Below the pieces are notes generated by a model. The model ran no database searches, was not told the DNA's origin, and saw only the letters and a program-made list of their open reading frames with translations. A stretch of DNA of 64,000 nt from Escherichia coli (GTDB lineage Bacteria; Pseudomonadota; Gammaproteobacteria; Enterobacterales; Enterobacteriaceae), in NCBI RefSeq assembly GCF_030384885.1, contig NZ_CP128613.1. The stretch is one strand, 5' to 3'. Of the stretch, positions 19,951 through 29,012 are shown piece after piece. The first letter of the stretch is position 1. Each line of letters opens with the position of its first letter. The position numbers and the translations under genes were made by a program.

Positions 19951-20355
19951 ATGCTAAAAATAAAAACAAAGATCTATATACCTACAACTTTAACAGGAAA
20001 CATGGATAAACACTATATCCCTGTTTTAGAGGATTTAAGAAAAGCGATATACAGCGACAGAATGTTATCAAGGCTTGCAGATAGCGGCAATATTGTTATC
20101 CATAGTTCAGTTGGGTATCCGGTTGCTAAATACAAAAATACGGGTATTAGCATAGGTATAGAACCATTGAATCCAATGATAAGACAAAATCTGACTCTTG
20201 GATATATTATGGTTGTCAGAAACGGAAAAGCATCACAGGAGATTAATGGTTTACTTAACAGGTCATTGCCAAAAGCAATAAGCACTTTTAAGGATCACAT
20301 CAATGAATATGAAGCAGTAAAAAGTAAAATGCGACAACAAACTATGATCTGGTAA
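19951..20355 (+). CDS. Hypothetical protein (134 aa).
   Basis: ORF. ATG 19951 is preceded by ACAGGAAAAA. Confidence 0.35.
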   Translation: MLKIKTKIYIPTTLTGNMDKHYIPVLEDLRKAIYSDRMLSRLADSGNIVIHSSVGYPVAKYKNTGISIGIEPLNPMIRQNLTLGYIMVVRNGKASQEINGLLNRSLPKAISTFKDHINEYEAVKSKMRQQTMIW

Positions 20356-20385
20356 AATATTTAGTCTGATAACTACAGGAGAAGG

Positions 20386-21432
20386 ATGAGCAATGGAAGG
20401 TAAGTTAATTTTTGTTCCGATGCAATACTACGGTTTCAATCCAATTACGATGAAACCGCTGCCGTTCCATTGCTATCCATCCAGAACGTCATAGCCAATA
20501 CCGATCCGTTCTTTCTTCTCCGGTTCTTCCACCATACCGTTCTGATTGAAGAAGGAACAACGCTGGCAAGTATCTTTCTGGCAATAGAACCATGGAAGGC
20601 TTTGTTAGCAGCTTATCTGGACAGAGATGTTGGTGCTTATATAGATGAGGTAAGAAAACCGTCCGGGCCAACGGCATGGGATATTGAATGGATCGGAATT
20701 GACCGTCGAAGTTCGGTTTATCGCGCTTACAAGCGTCAGGATATGGAAGAAGGGGAGGATTTTTCGACCTATTTTAATCGCGAGCGCTTCCCGACTGATG
20801 AGCTTGACATAGAAAGTAGCTGTGATGCTTCCGGCTTTATCAAAGGAGATAAAGAACGCTGGAGTATCAGCGGCGATATTCAACAAATTAAAAATCTTCC
20901 TGTAATCCTCTATAGCAAACAGACATTAATGACTTCACCGAAAGACGGTTTGCTGAAGAAAAACGTATCGGGTGTGAAGAGTTCCAAGCACAGTTGCTTT
21001 GTTTATGGCGATACCTCGTTTTCTTTTAGAGAGGTTATGGAAGCCATCTTCATTAGTAGGCTGTTCTTCTATGCACCAAAAGACGCAGCCAGCAGCCTTG
21101 ATGAGCTGAAAGCGAGTCTGGCTGAACTGGAAGAAGAACGTGCTGAAAGCACAAATACGGAGTCGATCGGCAATGAAACAGGTGAAGAACCTACCATCGT
21201 CGTAGCCGACGGTGCTTTTGATTCGCTCGCTGCTCACATGGAGTCTGAAAAGCGGAGTGGCAATCCATTAAGAAGTTGTGCCAGCAGGAAGGAGGGCTGC
21301 CCATACGTATTGGCAACATCAAAATGGCTGAGCCTCCAGCGTTATAGCTATTTTAAGAAAAGAAATGATGTAAATATGCATCTGGTTTTTCTTTATAATG
21401 TAAGGATGTCCGATGAAACATCAGCATCGTGA
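20386..21432 (+). pseudogene. Hypothetical gene interrupted by an in-frame TAA at codon 6 (or re-initiating at TTG 20470).
   Basis: ATG 20386 has a strong RBS (AGGAGAAGG) and is in the same frame as the 320-aa ORF starting at 20470. Only one stop (20401-20403) separates them. This gene is noticeably less AT-rich than its neighbours. Confidence 0.4.
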
Positions 21433-21640
21433 ATGTTATCTGGTTAATAATTTTCTTATGTAATATTATCTATGCCATCTGGCTATGTTTTCAATTGTTT
21501 TAGTTCTCGACAACTGTTTTTATATCCAGTATGATTTTACTCGTATCCGGCAGAATATTTTTAGATGCTGTTTCATGAACTCCGGTTGAAAGGTTTATTC
21601 TCTACTTTTGGGAATAATAGTTAAAATGGAGATAAGTGTA

Positions 21641-23077
21641 ATGACGTTTAGTAATGAAATTGAAGTTTTCATAAAAGATTTTGTTAAAGATCTTGAAAAT
21701 GATTGTGCTGCTATTTTTTCTGGCGCAGGAATGTCTAAAAGTCAAGGTTATGTTGATTGGAAAGAATTACTTAGCGATATAGCAGAAGAACTTAGTTTAG
21801 ACATTAATAAAGAAGACGATCTAATATCGCTTGCTCAATTTCATGTTAATGAAAAGAAAGGGGCTACAAAACTCACAAGGAAGATAATCGAAGAGTTTTC
21901 TGAGCAAGCCGAGCCATCAGAGGTTCATAATATAATTGCTCGTTTACCGATTAAGACATTTTGGACAACAAACTATGACACTTTAATTGAAGATAGTCTG
22001 CGGAAAGTTTACAAAATTGCAGATGTAAAAAGAAACATAGATGATTTAAATACAACACGACCTAAGCGAGACGCGATAGTATATAAAATGCATGGTGATA
22101 TTTCGTCCCCATCCAAGGCTATTTTATATAAAGAGCAGTATGAAAAATACTACAGAACACACGCTTCATTTATCACCGCACTTAGCGGAGATTTAATATC
22201 AAAAACCTTTCTATTCATAGGGTTTAGTTTTACCGACCCAAATCTGGATTACATTTTGAGTCGTTTGTATACTCATTCTGGGGACAAGAGGACACACTAT
22301 TGCTTTATGAAGAATGAGGCTAATAATTCCCTAGATGATGAAGAAACAGTAAATTATAAGATCAGAAAACAAAAACTGCGAATCGATGATCTCAAGAGAT
22401 TTGGTATACAAGTATTATTAATAGATGAATATTCTGACATCCCTAAAATTCTAGCTAAGATAGAGCAATCATTTAAAAAGAAAACGATATTTATTTCTGG
22501 TAGTGCAGAAAAATATGGGGATCTTGAAAGACCTAAAGCATTAGATTTTATTCACACATTAGCATATGAGATTATAAAGAATAATTATAGGATAGTGAAT
22601 GGATTTGGATGGGGCGTCGGAAGTTCTGTGATAAATGGTGCGTTGGATGCAATTTATAGTAGGCCAGATAAATTATCAGAAGAACAGCTCATTGTTAGAC
22701 CATTTCCACAAACTGTCAGTAAGGGGAAAGATATTCAAGAACTTTGGGAGGAGTATAGACAGAGAATGATTCCTCTTGGTGGTATTGCATTGTTTATTTT
22801 TGGAAATAAACAAGAGGAAAATAATGATATAGTTAATGCTAGGGGAGTATTTAGAGAGTTTGAGATTGCTGTTCAACATGGCCTTGTACCAATTCCTTTA
22901 CCCAATACCGGGTATATGTCTAAATATATATTTGAACAAATATCACAAGATCCTAAGAAATATTATGGAAGTAATGAATGGATATATAATGATTTGTCTG
23001 AGCTTACTGAAAAAGATTTTTCGGTAAAAAAAACAATAGAAGTTGTAATAAAAATCATAAACAAACTGAATAAATAA
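21641..23077 (+). CDS. thsA: Thoeris ThsA: N-terminal SIR2-like NADase domain plus C-terminal SLOG-like ligand-binding domain.
   Basis: SIR2-type motifs are IFSGAGMSKSQGYVDWKELL, FWTTNYDTLIE, IVYKMHGDIS and LFIGFSFTDPNLDYI. The C-terminal half has IFISGSAEKYG...NGFGWGVGSSVINGAL (SLOG/LOG-like). At about 478 aa it is close to my memory of the Bacillus ThsA size (roughly 475 aa). Confidence 0.85.
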   Translation: MTFSNEIEVFIKDFVKDLENDCAAIFSGAGMSKSQGYVDWKELLSDIAEELSLDINKEDDLISLAQFHVNEKKGATKLTRKIIEEFSEQAEPSEVHNIIARLPIKTFWTTNYDTLIEDSLRKVYKIADVKRNIDDLNTTRPKRDAIVYKMHGDISSPSKAILYKEQYEKYYRTHASFITALSGDLISKTFLFIGFSFTDPNLDYILSRLYTHSGDKRTHYCFMKNEANNSLDDEETVNYKIRKQKLRIDDLKRFGIQVLLIDEYSDIPKILAKIEQSFKKKTIFISGSAEKYGDLERPKALDFIHTLAYEIIKNNYRIVNGFGWGVGSSVINGALDAIYSRPDKLSEEQLIVRPFPQTVSKGKDIQELWEEYRQRMIPLGGIALFIFGNKQEENNDIVNARGVFREFEIAVQHGLVPIPLPNTGYMSKYIFEQISQDPKKYYGSNEWIYNDLSELTEKDFSVKKTIEVVIKIINKLNK

Positions 23078-23093
23078 TATATTAGGTGAAGTT

Positions 23094-23705
23094 ATGGCTC
23101 ATGAAACATTCATATCATATAAATATAGTGAAGCACAGGATTTAAGAGACAAAATTGTCAAGGCATTAGGAGATGACGCTGTTTACTATAAAGGGGAGAC
23201 ATCGGAGTCTCCTGATATAAGTAATACAACAGTAGATAATATAAAGAACAATCTTAAAAATATGATTTTCGGGACATCTGTTTTAATTGTTATTATTTCC
23301 CCGAATATGATTAAAAGTAAATGGATTGACTGGGAAATTGAATATGCATTGAAAGAATACAAGAGAGGAGGAACCACTTCCCGAACTAATGGCATTGTTG
23401 GTGTGATAATGAAGGTTAATAATAGCTATGACTGGTTAGTATCTTCTTCAATCAAGCCTGATGGATGTTCATCAAGAACTATTGATACAACTAAACTATA
23501 TGACATTATTAATAATAATAGGTTTAATTTAACTTCAGAAGATAAATATTGTTGCCCTGAGTGCAAATCATATGATCAATTGACTGGTTCTTATATTTCA
23601 TTGATAGAAGAAGACCGATTTTTAGCAGATGTATCTTCATACATTGAAAATGCCTATGAGAAATCTAAAAAATTAAGTTCCTACGATTTATATAAACAAA
23701 AATAG
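23094..23705 (+). CDS. thsB: Thoeris ThsB: TIR-domain protein.
   Basis: FISYKYSEAQDLRDKI... and ...SVLIVIISPNMIKSKWIDWEIEYAL give a TIR-like fold with the conserved Glu in WEIE. It lies 17 bp downstream of thsA on the same strand. Confidence 0.8.
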   Translation: MAHETFISYKYSEAQDLRDKIVKALGDDAVYYKGETSESPDISNTTVDNIKNNLKNMIFGTSVLIVIISPNMIKSKWIDWEIEYALKEYKRGGTTSRTNGIVGVIMKVNNSYDWLVSSSIKPDGCSSRTIDTTKLYDIINNNRFNLTSEDKYCCPECKSYDQLTGSYISLIEEDRFLADVSSYIENAYEKSKKLSSYDLYKQK

Positions 23706-23720
23706 ATGATAACGGAAAAG

Positions 23721-23740
23721 GGCCACAATTATTTGTGGCC
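23721..23740. terminator. Hairpin between the convergent thsB and lipoprotein genes (probable bidirectional terminator).
   Basis: GGCCACAA-TTAT-TTGTGGCC, a perfect 8-bp stem flanked by A/T-rich sequence. Confidence 0.5.
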
Positions 23741-23754
23741 TATATATACACATA

Positions 23755-24132
23755 TTAATCAAGCAGGCCACGAGATGTCTTACTTGCAGTCTGACGAAAA
23801 TCATAACGTTCCGCAATATCACCTTTAAACCAGATATCCAGTGATTTAATGTGCGCCGTGTTGCTATTGGTCAACAGAGCAAGGCCCGGTATGTAGTTAG
23901 ATAGTTGGCTTTCTCCCGTCATACTTGAGTAGTTCCACATCTCCTGACCATCAGTCGTAGCGCGTGTTTGAGGCTCTCCAAAGGCAGCAAGAATTTCTTG
24001 TTGGGTAGTTTTTCCCTTGACGATTTTTAATTTAACCGTTTGATGATTTTCATCAGTTAGGGATTTATTACCATGAACGGTACAGCCACTAAGTGGTAAT
24101 ATGATAAAAATAGCAAGTAATAATTTTTTCAT
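23755..24132 (-). CDS. Small lipoprotein (BamE/SmpA-like fold suspected).
   Basis: Signal peptide plus lipobox MKKLLLAIFIILPLSGC. The pattern KGKTTQQEILAAFGEPQ...W.Y is reminiscent of SmpA/OmlA-type lipoproteins. Confidence 0.65.
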   Translation of the reverse strand: MKKLLLAIFIILPLSGCTVHGNKSLTDENHQTVKLKIVKGKTTQQEILAAFGEPQTRATTDGQEMWNYSSMTGESQLSNYIPGLALLTNSNTAHIKSLDIWFKGDIAERYDFRQTASKTSRGLLD

Positions 24133-24163
24133 TTTGTTCCATAATTAGATGAAAGGTGAGACG

Positions 24164-24652
24164 TTAGAAAACATACTTTTTAAATACCAGCATCCATCGC
24201 TCACAAAGTTCGTGATTTGAAGTGCTTTTATTTTTCAAGGGAACATTAACTTTCCACATGGGATTTTTAATATCATCGGTTAAAATATTTAGACCAGACC
24301 GTTTGTTTGCTGAAAGTTGTTCTCTCCAGTTAGCAATGGCCGCATTATTCATACCTCGTAATGTTCCATTGCCGTAAAACTTACCACCTTCTGAAAGCGT
24401 ATAATTTATTTCTCGAATTTGATCAAAAGTATATGTGCTATCTTTATCTTTATTGAAAATACGGACAGTATGTTTTTGAGTATCAATGACAATACCTGTC
24501 TGTTGGCATTGATACGAAAGAATGTCGCCGTCCAGAACTTCCGTGAAGCTGTTGTAGTGCTTTTTCTTCTGTATATCTGCTGCGGTCATGATAATGACGA
24601 AGAGCACCACTAAAAATACGATACCTGTTGCTTCCACTTTTACTTCCTCCAT
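24164..24652 (-). CDS. Single-pass membrane protein, function unknown.
   Basis: N-terminal TM segment GIVFLVVLFVIIMTAA. It is 31 bp upstream of the lipoprotein gene on the same strand, so the two are a likely operon. Confidence 0.5.
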   Translation of the reverse strand: MEEVKVEATGIVFLVVLFVIIMTAADIQKKKHYNSFTEVLDGDILSYQCQQTGIVIDTQKHTVRIFNKDKDSTYTFDQIREINYTLSEGGKFYGNGTLRGMNNAAIANWREQLSANKRSGLNILTDDIKNPMWKVNVPLKNKSTSNHELCERWMLVFKKYVF

Positions 24653-24771
24653 GTAAATGAGTTAAAGAGACTGAACCCGCTCACAGAGCTTTGCTTCGTT
24701 TTATACGTCCTACAGCACCAAACTCATGGCGTCGGTCTCGGCGTTGCAAGGCTATCAGAACTTGAAATCAT

Positions 24772-24910
24772 GATCGATATAAAAGATCGATAATTGCTTA
24801 TTGATAGATTCTAACGATTAAACAGATGATATCGATCGGCAATTAATTGTTATTATCGATCGAATATCAACTTATGATAGCTGCAAGCTATCATGTGGTC
24901 GTTTTTGATC
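24772..24910. promoter_or_regulatory. Divergent-promoter region with five GATC sites, four ATCGAT motifs and a 21-bp perfect palindrome.
   Basis: GATC occurs at 24772, 24785, 24834, 24858 and 24907. The palindrome ATGATAGCT-GCA-AGCTATCAT is at 24874-24894. TGATAG/CTATCA half-sites also occur at 24752 and 24802. Confidence 0.4.
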
Positions 24911-25069
24911 GTTTTAAACGATATGACGAGACGCTAAAAGAATTGAATCCTATCAATTGGTTAAGCGGTGGTTTTGCCATGTGATATCAGCCGGATCCCG
25001 CAACAACTCAAGCCCTGACCGGATTAGGTCAAAAATTTAGGCACTTTGATTATCAGGATGGACAAGCAG

Positions 25070-25600
25070 ATGAAGAAGATTTTACTCGTTGTAGGCGCAA
25101 CTCTGGCACTGGCGGGATGTGGTGAGAAAGGTGATTTTGAGAAGGCGATCAATGCCAAGATAGGGCAGGACAAATATTGCTTCTCGCTGGATAACAATAA
25201 CACCAGCTTCCCCATCCGTCTTGCCAAGCCACGACTTGATTCGACTGGCACAGGGACGAATTCAGTGATCCTCGACGGTTTTATTGAGCAGGGCCTGATG
25301 GTTTTTGAACAGGGCTATGATTCGAACGTATTAGGGATAACAGAGGAAGGCAAAAAAGCCAAAGTCTGGAGCACAAGAGACGGTGCTTGTGTAGGTCGTC
25401 GTGCTGTTGATGAGATTAAGGAATGGACGGAGCCGGGAAACGGTAATCAGAAAGTAGTTCGCGTGACTTATACGTGGAAGTTGGTTGACGTTCCGGGCTG
25501 GATTGACAAAAAAGCCTTCGCCAGCGTTAAAGGAATGAATGAACCTGCTGATGGTGCAATGAATCTTGTTAAAACAAGTAATGGCTGGAAAGCTAACTAA
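25070..25600 (+). CDS. Lipoprotein, function unknown (176 aa).
   Basis: MKKILLVVGATLALAGC gives a signal peptide plus lipobox. Confidence 0.65.
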   Translation: MKKILLVVGATLALAGCGEKGDFEKAINAKIGQDKYCFSLDNNNTSFPIRLAKPRLDSTGTGTNSVILDGFIEQGLMVFEQGYDSNVLGITEEGKKAKVWSTRDGACVGRRAVDEIKEWTEPGNGNQKVVRVTYTWKLVDVPGWIDKKAFASVKGMNEPADGAMNLVKTSNGWKAN

Positions 25601-25695
25601 AAGGATGCTGGATCGTTAAATGCCCCTGCTACGCTGTGGAAAGTGACAGAAGGGGCATGAATTGTATTTCATTTAATGTAGTGAATGATATTTTA

Positions 25696-26268
25696 TTATA
25701 TCGATTTGTTAGATACTTTCATCAATTTCTCTTGAATTTTTCTTATTCTTTCAAGTTCTTCAACAATGGGATTTTTCTCGCCTTCACTTTGCATGAAAGG
25801 GCTTAAGTCTATATTGTTTTTTTCAACAACTTCTTTATTCATATAACTGTACGTTGCGGTTATTGTAAATTGTTGTGGTAACGGATTTTTCGATTCTCCA
25901 AAAATAACCCAACCTTGACCAAGGGCGAAGAATAACTCTTGATTGGGCGCTAAGCTATCAATAGTCGATGTAAAAATACTTGTTTCTTTTAGGTTTTTAG
26001 TTGGCTCATCGAACTGATAAAAATCCTTATCTAATTCTAATTTTACATTCAGGGCTGGTGTCTTACCGCTATTATAAATTTTCAGGTATAGGAATTGCGA
26101 GTGAGGTCTTACCATTGGCTGGATTATTATATAAGGACGAGACATTGCCTCGGTTTGCTCATTCATTATCTGAGCTGTTCGTTCGCTTATTCTCGACATC
26201 TTGTATGTCAAAAATGCATAAATTCCTGTAATGATAACAAGAATTGCTGTAAGTATTTCCATTGTCAT
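25696..26268 (-). CDS. N-terminally membrane-anchored protein, function unknown (190 aa).
   Basis: TM segment ILTAILVIITGIYAFLTY. It is the last gene of a same-strand run: mobA, then the 164-aa gene, then this gene. Confidence 0.45.
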   Translation of the reverse strand: MTMEILTAILVIITGIYAFLTYKMSRISERTAQIMNEQTEAMSRPYIIIQPMVRPHSQFLYLKIYNSGKTPALNVKLELDKDFYQFDEPTKNLKETSIFTSTIDSLAPNQELFFALGQGWVIFGESKNPLPQQFTITATYSYMNKEVVEKNNIDLSPFMQSEGEKNPIVEELERIRKIQEKLMKVSNKSI

Positions 26269-26314
26269 GATTAACTCCTAAGTATAATGATTCATACCAG
26301 TAAGGTATAATATT

Positions 26315-26809
26315 TTAACTATTATTGCATTTTTTTCTGTTGAATAGTTGATTATATCCAAGTTCCATTTCTTCAATAAAATCTTCATTAAATGTTGGAA
26401 ATCCACACGCCAGTGGTTCTTTCCCTCGAATTTTGAATAAGTTATAAAGATAACTACTTTCTTTATATGCGACATGAATGGCAGGATATGGCCTATTTTT
26501 TATAATCTTATTGTTTAGTTCCTTATCATTGATAATGTTATATTGATCCCCCGTTATATCAACTACAATATTATCTATCTCAAGCCAGTAATGGGTTATT
26601 TGACTATTTTTTCCGGTAGTTGCGCTAACTCCTTTTAGCTCACATTCAGGCCATAGGGTCAGAAAATGGTAAGAAAGAAGCATTGAGGTAAGCTTACAAC
26701 TCATAACAGGAAAACAGTCTATAACAAGACTGGTGTTCTTTTTATCACAACTTTCAATTAATCTACGAAGCTTAACTGCTTCTTCTTTTATTTCGATAAT
26801 GGTTGGCAA
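26315..26809 (-). CDS. Putative transglutaminase-like / papain-fold cysteine peptidase-like protein (164 aa).
   Basis: The spacing of C (VMSCKLTSMLL), H (ITHYWLEI) and D (VVDITGDQ) matches the Cys-His-Asp arrangement of transglutaminase-like cores as I remember them. Inference only. Confidence 0.4.
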   Translation of the reverse strand: MPTIIEIKEEAVKLRRLIESCDKKNTSLVIDCFPVMSCKLTSMLLSYHFLTLWPECELKGVSATTGKNSQITHYWLEIDNIVVDITGDQYNIINDKELNNKIIKNRPYPAIHVAYKESSYLYNLFKIRGKEPLACGFPTFNEDFIEEMELGYNQLFNRKKCNNS

Positions 26810-26887
26810 GATCAGCTCCCTAACTACATGATGTGCCGAGCATTTAATATATACGATACATAGGTCATTAAAAAGTATGTTCTAAAT

Positions 26888-28369
26888 TTAGTGTTTCTTA
26901 TGGCTCGGTGGACTCAGTTTTGGCGCGCTTCCTTGCCTCATGTGTTCTGGTGGCATTGAAGGTGTGAGATTTATGCTTCTATTAACTTCCGGCTGTTCCT
27001 GATTAGGACGGCTTGGTAAACGTTTGATTTCATCAGGTGTTAATTTATAGTCACCATTGTTAAATTTGGTACGTTTTTCAAACTCCGAGCGTGGAACATT
27101 GACACCCAGCACTTCATCATAGACATAGTTCTCTGCGATACGCTTATCATGGTCAGCATCAATGGTATCGGGTTTCCTTCTGGCCCATACAAATCTCTCT
27201 TTGAAGAAGCCCACCACAAGCAGTGTGAAACGCTTAAACAAACCATTTTGTCGTGGCTTAGTCTGTTTCCTACTTCTCATCGGAGCACGGTTTATCGCTC
27301 TGGTGTTTCGAGAAGAAGGGGTTTCCAGTTTAGTGGATGCAGTTGGTTCAGGAACAATCAGAACGGGAGATTTCTTCCCTGAAATACTTACTTTACTGAC
27401 CTTATTGGGATCACGGTAAGATTTTGCTGCTGGTCTTCTGCTTGTGGCGTGTGTCTTCATAACAGGCTGCTGTTCTACTGTTGCCGGGTAGTCAGGGATA
27501 ACGATTTCTTCGGGTTCAGCAAGATGTGTAATCGTAAAGCTTCTGACATCAACCACGATCTCCAGTGGTAGCTCACTGAATGTGGTGTAGACCTTTTTGG
27601 CCTCTTCAATTTGCTGATCGCGTTGAGCTTGTTCAGTAGCTCGCTGTTCCTGAGACTCGGTGTCATTCCATTTAGCACGATGAACACGCTGCATTGCCGG
27701 GCGGTTAGTTTCTGTTGCTTTGGCAAGCCAGAATGCTTTCTCTTCAGCGCTGAATGCTTCTTCTGCCTGAGCAAGGGCATCAGCACATTGCGTCCTGAGA
27801 GAACGGTGATCGATACGTTCTTCACTGCCTGCGGCTTCAAGGTAGCTGTTTGACATCGTGGCCCACGACTCACGCCATTGGATCATTATCTTCTTATCAT
27901 TCCAGCTTCTTTCTTTTTTACCGAAGCCTTCGGGACCAATGGTTTTCAGGGTTAACATGACGTGAGCATGGGGATTCTTACCATCTAAATCGTGGAATGC
28001 GATATCAGCTATCATTCCTTTCTCAACAAAGTTCTTCTGGCAGTATTCGGCAACCAATTTTTTCTTGTCATCATTACTGAGTTCTACGGGAATAGCGACA
28101 TCAAAATAACGGGCTGTTTGACCATTGTTCTGGCGTTCCACTCTTTCAACTTCATTCCATAGTGCTGAGGAGCTTTCAACAATATGAGCAGGTGCGGAAA
28201 CGGGCGCTAATATAATATGACCATGAAGATCTCTTCTGCGTCTGAAATCAAATGTTTCGCCAATGCGATTATCTATAATACGTGTACGGGCATGGTAGGC
28301 AGCTTTCGCAACGGAAGTCATGCCTTCGCTTCGTTTCACAATTTTAAAATCCAGATGAAAAATCGCCAT
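26888..28369 (-). CDS. mobA: MobA/MobL-family (MOBQ-type) relaxase.
   Basis: MAIFHLDFKIVKRSEGMTSVAKAAYHAR carries the catalytic Tyr region, cf. RSF1010 MobA MAIYHLTAK. ARYFDVAIPVELS and FHDLDGKNPHAHVMLT give the 3-His motif. Confidence 0.85.
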   Translation of the reverse strand: MAIFHLDFKIVKRSEGMTSVAKAAYHARTRIIDNRIGETFDFRRRRDLHGHIILAPVSAPAHIVESSSALWNEVERVERQNNGQTARYFDVAIPVELSNDDKKKLVAEYCQKNFVEKGMIADIAFHDLDGKNPHAHVMLTLKTIGPEGFGKKERSWNDKKIMIQWRESWATMSNSYLEAAGSEERIDHRSLRTQCADALAQAEEAFSAEEKAFWLAKATETNRPAMQRVHRAKWNDTESQEQRATEQAQRDQQIEEAKKVYTTFSELPLEIVVDVRSFTITHLAEPEEIVIPDYPATVEQQPVMKTHATSRRPAAKSYRDPNKVSKVSISGKKSPVLIVPEPTASTKLETPSSRNTRAINRAPMRSRKQTKPRQNGLFKRFTLLVVGFFKERFVWARRKPDTIDADHDKRIAENYVYDEVLGVNVPRSEFEKRTKFNNGDYKLTPDEIKRLPSRPNQEQPEVNRSINLTPSMPPEHMRQGSAPKLSPPSHKKH

Positions 28370-29012
28370 TAAAAATATAACCTCAAATAAAAATGCTGCT
28401 GTTAGTTTTTCGTAAGAAAAACTTTGGGGTTGACGTTGACCTTGGTTTTGCTTTTAGCCTGCGGCAGCAACCGTCGGTAGACCCCACACACTGCGTAGCA
28501 GTGTATAGGTGGGCATTGTCTTTAAGAAAATAAGCCAATGTAAAATGCCCCTCTTAATAATCAATACGAAATATATGTATGGTTGTAAAATAATACGCCG
28601 GGTTAAGCGGCGCAAACTGGATTAAAGGTGTAGGTTTCACGTCTGCAGGACAAAAAGAGTAAAGAAAAGGCCCGTAAGGGCAAAAGAAGTATTAATTATT
28701 CCCGCCGTAAGGCGGGATAGCGTTAATTGAAGAAAAAAGCTAATAAAACACGGAGTGTTATGTGTTGCACAATTCACAGGTTGAGGTGGAGAAATAGAGT
28801 TAAAGTTGACAGGTGAAAATAAAAGCACGAATGCGCAAAAATAAGTAACGCGTAGAGTGCGGGGTATTTTAAGTTAGTAATTACTATCACATGTGTTGCA
28901 CTATTTTATTTATGGACGTTCCAGAACTATTTTCTTTGACAAAACGGTGTAAATTTGACGTTATTCATCTTTGTGATAATTAAATACGTATAAACAACAA
29001 GAGGTGATAACT
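28370..29012. other. Intergenic region between divergent mobA and a small accessory gene; probable oriT-containing region.
   Basis: The position is analogous to RSF1010-type oriT, between divergent mob genes. The inverted repeat ACACTGC-GTA-GCAGTGT (28488-28504) is followed by ATAGGTGGGCATTG. There are a tandem GTTGACGTTGAC (28428-28439), an 11-bp direct repeat ATGTGTTGCAC (28759 and 28890), and hairpins at 28701-28716. Confidence 0.35.

Noticed and set aside
28505-28520. Shared 10-mer GGTGGGCATT between the oriT candidate (28508-28517) and the region just inside attR (34248-34257).
   Set aside because: A single 10-bp match within 64 kb is expected many times by chance, and there is no extended similarity around it.
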